DNA of 64,000 nucleotides from an uncultured Bacteroidales bacterium (GCA_963787195.1 CAWBCI010000026.1:129605-193604), one strand, 5' to 3'. Numbered from the stretch's first letter, positions 19,470-29,104 are shown. Made by a program: numbers and translations. The notes: generated by a model from the letters alone, not told the origin.

Positions 19470-20162
19470 TCAGTGTTTGGCCGGATGTTTATCCATCCAT
19501 TTCAAAGCTTCTTTTTTACTGAAATTTGAAATGTTTTCACTTTCCACAAAGCTTTTTACAAATTCAGGATTGGTTTTGGAATATTCACGTAAGGTCCATC
19601 CAATAGCTTTCCTGATAAAAAATTCTTTTGAGTCTGAAAGTTCCCGTACGTATTTTGTCAGGAGGCCGGTATCGGTGGAGTTCTTATATTTTAGCTGGAA
19701 CAGAAGTGATGATCGTTGCAACCACATATTTCCAGAAGCCATCCATTTTTCAGTATAGGGTAATATCTGTTCAGGGAACATTTTAAAATGATATCCTACC
19801 AGAACTGCCGCAATATAATCGACCGTGTCCCACCATGACTTATTCAGCAGAAGTTCTTCATAAACTTTAATAAAACCGGCCGGGATTTTCTTTTTCTGCC
19901 GGTTCATGAAGCTCATGGCCACATATTGATATTCTCTCTCGGGCCTGTCCCAAAGCAGATTAACTGCTTTTTCCAGATGATCCACAGGAGGAAGGCCGTG
20001 AACCTTGATAAACTGCTTTAGCAATTCGCTTCTCACAGGCGTTTGTATTCCATGATATTCAAACTGGTTCAGCATATATTTTTTCATATAGGCAGCCTTT
20101 GCAACATCGGCATTTTGCTTGAAGCTTTCCTCTAATGGAGCTATATAAGAAGGGATTTCCAT
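19470..20162 (-). CDS. DNA alkylation repair protein (AlkD-like HEAT repeats)
   Basis: Size and WWDTVD, RKAIGWTLREYSK motifs are typical of this family. Confidence 0.8.
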   Translation of the reverse strand: MEIPSYIAPLEESFKQNADVAKAAYMKKYMLNQFEYHGIQTPVRSELLKQFIKVHGLPPVDHLEKAVNLLWDRPEREYQYVAMSFMNRQKKKIPAGFIKVYEELLLNKSWWDTVDYIAAVLVGYHFKMFPEQILPYTEKWMASGNMWLQRSSLLFQLKYKNSTDTGLLTKYVRELSDSKEFFIRKAIGWTLREYSKTNPEFVKSFVESENISNFSKKEALKWMDKHPAKH

Positions 20163-20195
20163 AATTTTCTGGTTTTATTTAGGTTTTTGAATGAT

Positions 20196-22586
20196 TTAAT
20201 ATGAAGAATGAAGGTAAAGCACTTTTTTCCAATCAAGTTTTTTTTGGTCATCAGAATAAAGGCAGAGCATATAACTGCCTTCGGCAATATTACCCGGTTC
20301 CCATCTAAGATCCTTCTGTTCAGGGTAAACAGGCATTTCTTCAATCAGCCGGCCTGAAATGTTGAAAATCCGGAGCGTAGCAGGTTCATCAATACTGCAG
20401 CGGATTTTATAATATCCATTTGAAGGATTCGGGAAGATTTCAAGTTTACCTCCGGGGCTGTCCTGATATTCATTTATTCCAACCTGATTATCATAAACTG
20501 CCAGGACATAATCCCCCAACTGAAGATTGGGTACGTTCAGGTTGCCTATGGACCAAATACCGGCTTTGCTGAATGGAATCGAATGCCAGTCTTCAGAAGC
20601 ATCCTTGCGGTAAAGTATCACCAATGAATCTGTCTGATTCAATATCAATGTGTTATCCAGATAATTATTGCGGGTATAGAAGAAGCTTCCACTTGCCTGA
20701 AAATCCTGTGGTATCACACCATTGATCGTCCAATAGCGGTAATCCGACAAACGGAGGCCCGGAACTGCCTGCTTCAGGCTGTCGGGCGGCACCCAGTTAT
20801 GCACAGCCTGTATGAAAGCCGAATCGTTTAGCTGTTCTATAGATATCTTGAAAAAGGAGGATGGAAAAGTATATTCGGATGCCGATGTAAACACCTTGTA
20901 ACTATCTGTGGTGGCATCGCACATTTTTTCCTCCGGATCGGGGAAGATAGCCACTGGTGCAAACGGTAGCATTTTAACCGAAGTACCAACAGGGCCTGAA
21001 AATTTGACAGTATCACTGAATCTTTGCCAGTCCTGGCTCATAAACATCAGCTCCACGATATTATCATTCCCGGAAAAATCACCACCCTTGCGTTTTTGTT
21101 TCATGTGGATGCTGACCTGGAATTGATCTCCCGAAGGAATAACTTCAAAGGAATCTACAGAATAATGCGGGGTTCCCGGATTGAAAACCCAGTTATCGAA
21201 GAATCCATTCATATCAATTCCGGAATAAGTTGTCAAAAAATCCCTCATATCATATGAAGTTGCCGAATTGTAGGCAAAATTTGCGAGGTAAGCTTTAAGG
21301 CCTCCGAAAAAGAGACTATCCCCCAAATAAAAGCGAAGGGCCTGCGTACTTGCTGCTCCTTTGTTGTAAGCGGTCATTCCATATGTATGCGACTGGGGAA
21401 TATTATTCTGGGGAAAGTAAGCGCCGTCACCGCCGGGAGTATGACAAAACTGCATCACATCTGCTAAGTTGGTACGCATGCTTGTTTTAAACAGATCGTA
21501 ATTATTATACAGTATGGCAGCATAATACATTCCGAAAAATTCGGCCCAGCCTTCATTGAGCCACATTTCATAGGGCGAAGCACAGGTCACCATATCTCCG
21601 ACCCACATATGTGAGAGTTCATGCACAAGAATGGACTCATTACCTGTTCCTCCATTTATCATTGAATTCGGAATGAATATATTGGAGACATGTTCCATGG
21701 CTCCCAGTGCAGTTCCGGTATAGCCCACCCTTGACCAGGGATAAGGTCCCATCAGGTTTTCAAAAATGGAAAGCACCTCTTTCAGATGCACAAAAGTTCC
21801 GGCCACTTTGCTCGAATCAATGGGTCTGACAAAAATATCGACCGGCACTTCTTGCTGCTGTCCCTGGAAAGTATCGGAAATCATCGTATAATCACCAATG
21901 GCAATCGAGGCAAGGTAAGTTGGGATAGTGTGATTAATATGCCAATGGTATGTAATAGTCCCATCCCCATTAATAGTCTTGTCTACCAACAGGCCTCCTC
22001 CAATTGCAGTATAGCCCTGATCTACTGTAGCGCTTACATCATAACCAGCCCGGTCGGTAAAATCGTCAATACAGGGGAACCAGCTTTTTCCAAGGTTATG
22101 AGGGATAAAACTGATGCCCACTCCGAGATTAAATGCATAATCATTCGAAAAGTGAAATCCTCCCCAGTCTTCATGGAATGGCACACCATGATAATACATT
22201 GTGACTTCCATGGTGTCTTCAATACCTGCCGGCGAATCAAGATGCAGGCTGATCAGGCTGTCGCCCTGGTAGAAATTTCCAGTCATTTGCCCGTTTAAAA
22301 AAACCGAATCTACGCTAAGGTTGATGAGCTCAAGGGAAAATTCCGAAATATTATTTATTTTAGGGACCAGTCTGACAGTGGTAAAGGCTGATATTTGATG
22401 AGAAGTGAAATCAATGGATAATAAATTTATATCATAATGAATTGCATGGATAGTATCTCCCGGAGGAGAAACCAGGTTATTTTCTGTTTTGTCAATATTT
22501 TTCCGGAAGTATTGGGCCCGGGAGGTAAAAGAATTGATACAAAAACAGCTAATAAGGATCAATTGTAATATTGCTAAGCGCTTCAT
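20196..22586 (-). CDS. M1 family metallopeptidase with T9SS C-terminal sorting domain
   Basis: Gluzincin HELSHMWVGD...(18 aa)...E within WLNEGWAEF. The C-terminus is LEIFPNPSNGYYKI...LRIFNISGRLIEE...GSYMLCLY. Confidence 0.85.
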   Translation of the reverse strand: MKRLAILQLILISCFCINSFTSRAQYFRKNIDKTENNLVSPPGDTIHAIHYDINLLSIDFTSHQISAFTTVRLVPKINNISEFSLELINLSVDSVFLNGQMTGNFYQGDSLISLHLDSPAGIEDTMEVTMYYHGVPFHEDWGGFHFSNDYAFNLGVGISFIPHNLGKSWFPCIDDFTDRAGYDVSATVDQGYTAIGGGLLVDKTINGDGTITYHWHINHTIPTYLASIAIGDYTMISDTFQGQQQEVPVDIFVRPIDSSKVAGTFVHLKEVLSIFENLMGPYPWSRVGYTGTALGAMEHVSNIFIPNSMINGGTGNESILVHELSHMWVGDMVTCASPYEMWLNEGWAEFFGMYYAAILYNNYDLFKTSMRTNLADVMQFCHTPGGDGAYFPQNNIPQSHTYGMTAYNKGAASTQALRFYLGDSLFFGGLKAYLANFAYNSATSYDMRDFLTTYSGIDMNGFFDNWVFNPGTPHYSVDSFEVIPSGDQFQVSIHMKQKRKGGDFSGNDNIVELMFMSQDWQRFSDTVKFSGPVGTSVKMLPFAPVAIFPDPEEKMCDATTDSYKVFTSASEYTFPSSFFKISIEQLNDSAFIQAVHNWVPPDSLKQAVPGLRLSDYRYWTINGVIPQDFQASGSFFYTRNNYLDNTLILNQTDSLVILYRKDASEDWHSIPFSKAGIWSIGNLNVPNLQLGDYVLAVYDNQVGINEYQDSPGGKLEIFPNPSNGYYKIRCSIDEPATLRIFNISGRLIEEMPVYPEQKDLRWEPGNIAEGSYMLCLYSDDQKKLDWKKVLYLHSSY

Positions 22587-22703
22587 ATGAAAAGTTTATA
22601 AGAATTTCTAAAATTATTCAAAATATAAGAATATAAAGGATTTAAACCGTCGAAAAATTTGTAATTTTGACCGATAAGTTTTTATCAAATCAATCCTATA
22701 CAG

Positions 22704-24158
22704 ATGAGCCGCGCCAATAAGCAGTTTCCGAAGTATATCTATCTGTTTCATATCCTTCTGATCGTCCTTCTTTTGCCTGGAACTTACCTTTTCGGGCAAA
22801 AGGAAATGTCACTTCAGGATTGTATACAATATGCCCTTGATCACAACATAGATATAAAAAAACAGGTTTTAACTGTGGAAACGCAGAAAAAAACATTAAT
22901 GCAAAGCAAGCTGGGTCTACTTCCCACATTGAATGCAGGGGCCACCCACGGATATAACTGGGGACAGACGATAGACCGTTATACCAATCAGTTTGCCACA
23001 TCCCGTGTAAGGTCCAATAACTTTTACGTTTCAAGTAATTTCAATGTTTTCAGTGGGTTCCGTGATATTAATACGGTAAAACAGAACCAGATGGAACTGA
23101 TGGCCACCAATTATGATCTGGATCTGCTGATGGATAACATTTCAGTTACTGTTGCAGGGTATTATCTTGACATACTTTATAATCAGGAATTACTTGATGT
23201 AGCAAGGTCCCAGCTGGAAGTCACAAAGCTCCAGGTTAACCGGATGCAAAAACTGGTGGATGCAGGTTCCATGGCAAAAGGAGATTTGCTGAATATACAA
23301 GCTCAGGCAGCTACCGAGGAACTCCAGGTGGTAAATGCCGAAAACACCCTTTCAATATCATATCTAAGTCTCCAGCAACTAATAGATTATCCCGTAAGCT
23401 CCGATTTTAAAATAGAAAAACCGGAGCTTCGGCCTATAGAAGCCCCGGAAGTGAGTATCAGGCCGGAAGATGTATATAATATTGCAGTGGATAAAAGGCC
23501 GGAAATCAAGAGTGCCGAACAAAGGTTATTGAGCGCAGAAAAGGGTATAGCCATCGCCCGTGGATATCAAAGTCCGAGCCTGAGTCTGAGCGGTAGTTGG
23601 GCAACAGGTTATTCGGGGGCCGCCCAGGAAGGTGTTGACCCCATCCAGAAACTGGTTCCCGTAGGATTTACCCAAAATACAGGAGACACTGTGCTGAGTC
23701 TCTACAATGAATTTTCCAGCTACAGGGTTATCCCCTTTACCGACCAGTGGAAAAAGAACCAGAACAAGAGCCTGAATCTGACCCTCCAGATTCCGATTTT
23801 TAACGGATGGCAGGTCCGTACCGGAATAAATAAAGCCAAAATAGGAAGGGAACTTGCCAGTTATAATCTGCAACAAGCTAAACTTAACCTGGATAAAACC
23901 ATCCAACAATCCTATGCTGACGCGGTTGCCGCCCTCAAAAATTATACTGCATCCCAGAAAAAAGTGGAAGCCCAGCAGGAAGCCTTTAAATACGCGGATG
24001 AAAAATTTCAGGTAGGTCTTATGAATTCTGTAGATTATAACAAAACAAAAAGCGATCTTACCACGGCAGAATCGGATCTGCTGCAAGCCAAGTACCATTT
24101 CATCTATACTACAACTATTCTGAAATTTTATATGGGAAATGATTTGAGGCTCGAGTAG
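22704..24158 (+). CDS. TolC-family outer membrane efflux protein
   Basis: Two repeated coiled-coil/beta halves. The N-terminal LQDCIQYALDHN and alpha-helical repeat pattern are typical of Bacteroidota TolC. Confidence 0.85.
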   Translation: MSRANKQFPKYIYLFHILLIVLLLPGTYLFGQKEMSLQDCIQYALDHNIDIKKQVLTVETQKKTLMQSKLGLLPTLNAGATHGYNWGQTIDRYTNQFATSRVRSNNFYVSSNFNVFSGFRDINTVKQNQMELMATNYDLDLLMDNISVTVAGYYLDILYNQELLDVARSQLEVTKLQVNRMQKLVDAGSMAKGDLLNIQAQAATEELQVVNAENTLSISYLSLQQLIDYPVSSDFKIEKPELRPIEAPEVSIRPEDVYNIAVDKRPEIKSAEQRLLSAEKGIAIARGYQSPSLSLSGSWATGYSGAAQEGVDPIQKLVPVGFTQNTGDTVLSLYNEFSSYRVIPFTDQWKKNQNKSLNLTLQIPIFNGWQVRTGINKAKIGRELASYNLQQAKLNLDKTIQQSYADAVAALKNYTASQKKVEAQQEAFKYADEKFQVGLMNSVDYNKTKSDLTTAESDLLQAKYHFIYTTTILKFYMGNDLRLE

Positions 24159-24208
24159 GAATTTGTTTGAAATAGATAAGTTTTTAGGATCAATTATAAA
24201 GATCAGCA

Positions 24209-25549
24209 ATGAAATTATTTAAATCGAAAAAGAACAGGATTATCATCATTGCAGTTGCAGTGTTAGTGATCGTTTTAATCATACTGGCGGTGAATAAGGG
24301 CCGGAACCAGGGAGCTATCAGAGTTACTGCTGAGAAGGCTGAAAAGCGGACCGTCATTGAATCCGTTTCCGCCAACGGTAAAATACAACCGGAACTGGAT
24401 GTCAAAATAAGCCCTTATATTTCGGGTGAAGTAGTGGGTTTATATGTGGAAGAAGGAGACCGGGTGAAAAAAGGTGACCTCCTGGCAAAGATCGATCCGC
24501 AAATCTATATCGCCAATTTTGAACAGGCAAAAGCCTCATTGAACGGGCAAAAGGCCAATGAAGCCAATTCCAGGGCAAGAGTTGCCCAGGTTGAGGCGCA
24601 GTTTGAGAATGCTAAGCTTAGTTACGAGCGGAATAAGAAACTTTGGAACCAGCAGGTTATCTCCCAGTCGGATTATGACGCTGCCGAATCAGCCTATAAA
24701 GTGGCCAAAGCGGAAGTGGATGCTGCCAAGGAAACCCTGAAAAGCGCCGAGTTTGGCGTAGCAAGTTCCAAGGCGCTGCTTGACCAGGCCCAGGAAAATC
24801 TGACCAAGACTACCATTGTGGCTCCCAGCGATGGTACAGTTTCCAAACTGAGCGTCGAATCGGGGGAAAGGGTAACCGGGGCCTCCCAATTCTCAAGCGG
24901 TACCGAGATCATGCGTATTGCCAATCTGGACGTGATGGAGGTCAATGTAGAAGTAAGTGAAAATGATATAGTCAGAGTGGCCCTGGATGATACCTGCCTG
25001 ATTGAAGTCGATGCCTATCTGGACCGGAAATTCAAAGGCCTTGTGACTGAAATTGCCACATCAGCTAATACCACCGGTACCAGCGCAGACCAGGTGACCA
25101 ATTTTGATGTAAAAATTCGTATCCTCAGGGATTCATACAAAGATTTGATTACTGACAGCAGTAAGATCAATTCTCCTTTCCGTCCGGGTATGTCGGCAAC
25201 GGTCGAAATTCAAACGGCCACCGTTCATGATAAGCTTACTGTTCCGATACAGGCGGTGACAGTGAGAAAAGATACCACCGGAGTGGTGGCTACTTTGGAA
25301 TCAAATATTGAGGCCCCTGAAACTGATCAAAGCATGAAGGAATATGTTTTCCTGTATGATAACGGAATTGCAAAAATGCAGGAAGTAAAAACAGGGATAC
25401 AGGATAATACTTATATCGTAATTACCAGTGGTCTTGATGATGGGCAGGAAGTTATCACCGGGCCCTACCGGGCAATTTCCAAGCAGTTGAAAAACGGGGA
25501 CGAGGTGAAAAAAGTTGATAAGAAATTTCTCTTCAGTGAGGAAAAATAA
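24209..25549 (+). CDS. HlyD/MacA-type periplasmic efflux adaptor
   Basis: N-terminal TM anchor, biotinyl-lipoyl-like segment (ISGEVVGLYVEEGDRVKKGDLLAKIDP), long coiled coil, and beta-barrel C-terminus. Confidence 0.85.
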   Translation: MKLFKSKKNRIIIIAVAVLVIVLIILAVNKGRNQGAIRVTAEKAEKRTVIESVSANGKIQPELDVKISPYISGEVVGLYVEEGDRVKKGDLLAKIDPQIYIANFEQAKASLNGQKANEANSRARVAQVEAQFENAKLSYERNKKLWNQQVISQSDYDAAESAYKVAKAEVDAAKETLKSAEFGVASSKALLDQAQENLTKTTIVAPSDGTVSKLSVESGERVTGASQFSSGTEIMRIANLDVMEVNVEVSENDIVRVALDDTCLIEVDAYLDRKFKGLVTEIATSANTTGTSADQVTNFDVKIRILRDSYKDLITDSSKINSPFRPGMSATVEIQTATVHDKLTVPIQAVTVRKDTTGVVATLESNIEAPETDQSMKEYVFLYDNGIAKMQEVKTGIQDNTYIVITSGLDDGQEVITGPYRAISKQLKNGDEVKKVDKKFLFSEEK

Positions 25550-25583
25550 TTGGCTGCCCTTTTAACATTCCATATTTTTAAAT

Positions 25584-26303
25584 ATGCCTTTACTCTTGCA
25601 TCTGGAAACTGCAACACAGGTGTGTTCAGTTGTTCTGTCGTTAGATGGAAAAGCGATCTCCTCAAGGGAAAGCAATGAAAAAAATATACATTCTTCCGTC
25701 ATCACGGTTTTTATCGGCCAGGTATTGGAAGAGTGCGGGTTTAAACCCGCTGATCTTGACGGGATCTGCATCAGCCAGGGGCCAGGATCATATACCGGTT
25801 TGAGAATCGGGGTGTCAACAGCTAAAGGTCTTTGTTATGCCCTTGATAAACCACTCATTGCAATTAATACCCTGCGATCTATGGCAGAAGGCAAAATCCA
25901 TGAAATGGATGAAAAACATTATACATCAGACAGAAGCATACTCTTATGCCCTATGATCGATGCCCGCAGGATGGAAGTGTATAATGCCCTTTTCGAGCGG
26001 AAAGGAAAAATACTGAGGGAGACTCAGGCGGAAATTATTGAAAATAATTCCTTTTCGGATTTACTCTCAGAAAATGAAATCTGGTTTTTCGGAAATGGGG
26101 CGGAAAAATGTATCCCCTTGTTAGAGATGCAGCCAAATGCCCGTTTCGATACAGAGATCCAGCCTTCTGCTGCAAATATGATATCACTTGCAGAAAAGAA
26201 ATATGCGGCAAAGGAATTTGAAGATGTAGCTTATTTCGAACCCTTTTACCTGAAAGATTTCATGGCCGGAATTCCGAAAGTTAAAGGGCTGTTTGATTTC
26301 TGA
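25584..26303 (+). CDS. tsaB: tRNA t6A37 biosynthesis protein TsaB
   Basis: LLHLETATQVCSV...GPGSYTGLRIGVSTAKGL is the TsaB/YeaZ signature. Confidence 0.85.
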   Translation: MPLLLHLETATQVCSVVLSLDGKAISSRESNEKNIHSSVITVFIGQVLEECGFKPADLDGICISQGPGSYTGLRIGVSTAKGLCYALDKPLIAINTLRSMAEGKIHEMDEKHYTSDRSILLCPMIDARRMEVYNALFERKGKILRETQAEIIENNSFSDLLSENEIWFFGNGAEKCIPLLEMQPNARFDTEIQPSAANMISLAEKKYAAKEFEDVAYFEPFYLKDFMAGIPKVKGLFDF

Positions 26304-26336
26304 TTTCAGATTTCAGATTTCAGATTTCAGATTTTT
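26295..26336. repeat. tandem heptamer array (GATTTCA/TCAGATT, about 5-6 units)
   Basis: GATTTCTGATTTCAGATTTCAGATTTCAGATTTCAGATTTT overlaps the tsaB stop codon. Confidence 0.8.
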
Positions 26337-26367
26337 TGGACCTGAACTATACGATAAATCTGAAACT

Positions 26368-27018
26368 CTAACAGCAGTCGACATCCAGACTTTTCGCTCT
26401 TTCAAATGACTCCATGCCTTCTTTAGCAGAAAAATAGATGATCCCCGCAGTCCCCAGTATATCTATCCATCCCAGATGGAGCCATTCATATGCCAGGCTG
26501 GAAATGAGCAATACCACCGACATATAGACGCAAACAAGGTTGCAGTTGGCATCGGCTGTGAGAGGGGGGGAAGAAAGTTTTTTACCTAGAAGTTTCTTGA
26601 AATAAATCAGCCCGAGCATCAGTGAGATAGAAATGAGTGAGATTATCACCCCTGCTATGGTTGAGTTGGGTTTGCTGCCCTCATAGATATTGAACACGAT
26701 ACCCGCGGCAAGCAAAACGGAAAGTAGATAAAAACACCATCCTGTGATCTGCAGAGCAAGCTTTTCAAATTTACTTTTAGGAGTTCCGGGATATTTTTGA
26801 ATTCTCAAAATCATCACCGACACACCTATTGCAGAGATGGTTTCAATAAAACTGTCCATTCCGAAACCAAAGAGAGTCAACGCTTCATCTGCAATTCCGA
26901 AATAAATCGAGACCAGACCTTCAGCGACGTTGAAAATGATGGTAAATATAGCCAGTATCTGGGCATATTGCCAGAGTTTTTTATGATCTTCCATAGAAAA
27001 ACAAATCAGGGAAAACAA
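26368..27018 (-). CDS. cation-diffusion-facilitator-like membrane protein (TMD only)
   Basis: Six predicted TM helices and a GMDSFIE motif resembling the CDF TM2 metal site. No cytoplasmic CTD. C-terminal DVDCC. Confidence 0.55.
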   Translation of the reverse strand: MFSLICFSMEDHKKLWQYAQILAIFTIIFNVAEGLVSIYFGIADEALTLFGFGMDSFIETISAIGVSVMILRIQKYPGTPKSKFEKLALQITGWCFYLLSVLLAAGIVFNIYEGSKPNSTIAGVIISLISISLMLGLIYFKKLLGKKLSSPPLTADANCNLVCVYMSVVLLISSLAYEWLHLGWIDILGTAGIIYFSAKEGMESFERAKSLDVDCC

Positions 27019-27164
27019 AGATAGATCAAAAATATTCGGGATATTCAGATTTGATTTTAACAGAAAAATGAATTAGTCAAAATATCCATTATTGCTCTTT
27101 AGCCACTATCCATTAAATGTCATCCGGACTTCTCATGAAAAAAATATGTGCTTTTAAAGAATTT

Positions 27165-27211
27165 ATTTGTACGAATAAAGTTAAAAAACACTGGAATTTA
27201 TTCGTACAAAT
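27165..27211. promoter_or_regulatory. 15-bp perfect inverted repeat in the long AT-rich leader of the choice-of-anchor L gene
   Basis: ATTTGTACGAATAAA (27165-27179) and TTTATTCGTACAAAT (27197-27211) are exact reverse complements separated by 17 nt. Confidence 0.35.
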
Positions 27212-27416
27212 ACCTAAAAATATTCCTGTAAGACCCTGTATTTATTTGATTTACAAAAATTAAAATCATCTGAATTCCAAAATATGATGTATTCCTTAAT
27301 TTACATGGATAAGAAGCCATAATAAGCCCCCTTGACTTATAAGTCCTTCAACTCATATTTTAGCATCCTCAAATAATTAGATATATCGATGAATAATAAT
27401 TAAAAAACATTTTAAC

Positions 27417-28346
27417 ATGAAAACAATTGTTACCTTTTTATTGATTTTTTTGATGATTGCAGGAAGTACTCTCCAGGCCCAAAATAAAACAAGGGGCACA
27501 ACTCCGCCAAAAGCGATGAACGGGAACCGTTCTTCCATTGCAGTAACTCCACTTTCGGGAGCTGTTACAGCTACTACACTGGTCGAAAGAATACTCGGAC
27601 CGGGTGTAACATACAGTAATGTTCAATTTACCGGTTCCACCGGTGCAACAACCTCCTCAGCCGGGCTCTTTATAAATGGTTTTGCAGCCGGTATGGATAT
27701 TGACACCGGTATTGTTTTATCTTCCGGTTTGATCCAGAATGCCGTGGGGCCAAATACTAACGGAGGTATTTCTGAATGCTTCGGGACTCCCGGAGATGCT
27801 GATCTTACTGCATATGCGAGTCAGCAAACCTATGATGCGACGGTGCTTGAATTTGACTTTGAAGCCAACGCCGATTCAATTTTCATCGATTTTGTTTTCG
27901 GTTCTGAGGAATACGATGAATGGATAGGACAGTTTAATGATGTTTTCGCCTTCTTCCTGGACGGGAATAATATCGCCCTGGTCCCCGGAACAAATGATCC
28001 TGTGAGTGTCAATACTATCAATAATGGGCCTGTTAATTCCGGCCCTTGCACGAATTGCGCCTACTTCGTGGATAATACCAATGCAAGCCACGATATAGAA
28101 TGTGATGGATTCACTCATCATATCCGGGGACGTGCAGCCACAACCCCGGGTAACACACATCATATCAAACTAGCCATTGCCGATGGTGGCGATTGCGAGC
28201 TTGATTCCTGGGTATTCATCGAAGCCTCCAGTTTTACAACCACTCCGGTCGGCCAGGTTCCGATTGCTCCCTGGGCTCTTATTTTAGGAGGTGTACTTAT
28301 GGCGGTATTTATTGTGGTAAGAACCCGCTATTTCGCAAGATCTTAA
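27417..28346 (+). CDS. choice-of-anchor L domain protein with C-terminal motif-TM-basic tail anchor
   Basis: Signal peptide is present. The core (GTPGDADL...LEFDF...FVFGSEEYDEWIGQFNDVFAFFLDG...VNTINN...DGFT) fits choice-of-anchor L. The C-terminus is VPIAPWALILGGVLMAVFIVVRTRYFARS. Confidence 0.7.
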   Translation: MKTIVTFLLIFLMIAGSTLQAQNKTRGTTPPKAMNGNRSSIAVTPLSGAVTATTLVERILGPGVTYSNVQFTGSTGATTSSAGLFINGFAAGMDIDTGIVLSSGLIQNAVGPNTNGGISECFGTPGDADLTAYASQQTYDATVLEFDFEANADSIFIDFVFGSEEYDEWIGQFNDVFAFFLDGNNIALVPGTNDPVSVNTINNGPVNSGPCTNCAYFVDNTNASHDIECDGFTHHIRGRAATTPGNTHHIKLAIADGGDCELDSWVFIEASSFTTTPVGQVPIAPWALILGGVLMAVFIVVRTRYFARS

Positions 28347-28370
28347 ACTTTTGTTTTCAATCATACAAAT

Positions 28371-28402
28371 AAAAAAGCCGTCCCAATGAGACGGCTTTTT
28401 TA
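28371..28402. terminator. bidirectional intrinsic terminator between convergent genes
   Basis: AAAAAAGCCGTC-CCAATGA-GACGGCTTTTTT has an A-run and a T-run flanking a GC stem. Confidence 0.8.
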
Positions 28403-28456
28403 TTATACTCATGGCCTGCTACTAAGCCCATGCCTTATTCTCTGATAATCAGGGAA

Positions 28457-28840
28457 TCAAAAATCATTTTCCAGACTATCCAGAAACTCTTCATCATTAA
28501 ATTGCTCATAAGAATCATCTTCCGGAATGATGCCTTCAGGCGGCGCATCTTCAATATCCAAATCCAGTATATAATTTTCACCGGCTTCCAGATCCTCAAT
28601 TTCAGCATTTTCAAATAATTCATTAACTTCTACCTGGAGATCTTTATACATAATTTCATCGATCCTATCCATTACATCCTTATAATTCTTACTTCTAACC
28701 TCCTTGAGCAATTCCGTAAACTCAGGATCATTCACGATTTCCTCCCGGATATCTTCCACATAATCATTTAAGTCATCATACTCACCATGCTCGATCGTTT
28801 CCCGGATCGACTCAAGGTATTCAAACTTTCGCGTTTCCAT
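28457..28840 (-). CDS. small, extremely acidic hypothetical protein
   Basis: 127 aa and very rich in D/E across the whole length (for example EDLEAGENYILDLDIEDAPPEGIIPEDDSYEQFNDEEFLDSLENDF). No signal peptide. Confidence 0.6.
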   Translation of the reverse strand: METRKFEYLESIRETIEHGEYDDLNDYVEDIREEIVNDPEFTELLKEVRSKNYKDVMDRIDEIMYKDLQVEVNELFENAEIEDLEAGENYILDLDIEDAPPEGIIPEDDSYEQFNDEEFLDSLENDF

Positions 28841-29104
28841 AGTTCAATCGTTCTAAGTGATTTCAAGCCTGTCTTTATACCACATAAATATAATCAATTT
28901 AGATATAAAAAACGAATTTACAGGCACCAATATTGTAAATTTTTCATAGTATCTGTCGGGTACAAAATCTCAACTTTAATATGCTCCGGCTTTTAAATAT
29001 TTTTAACATTAAACCGGGCAAACAGGCTCTAAATCAATAAACTTAATGAATACTTTTTTGTTTTTTATCATAACAAACTTTAAAACTAAGTGGAGGACAT
29101 AAAA

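Noticed and set aside
22587-22703. tRNA or other small RNA genes were looked for in the remaining intergenic spacers: 3278-3514, 13080-13209, 22587-22703, 28841-29089 and 56854-57008.
   Set aside because: These spacers are AT-rich with no cloverleaf-compatible GC stems or GTTCGAATC-type T-loops visible. This is not a substitute for tRNAscan or Infernal.
29090-29104. A GTG start at 29090 is followed by a GGAGGA Shine-Dalgarno-like sequence for the His-tail lipoprotein.
   Set aside because: The ATG at 29105 yields a standard lipoprotein signal peptide. Bacteroidota generally do not rely on SD pairing, so the extension adds only five residues with no support.
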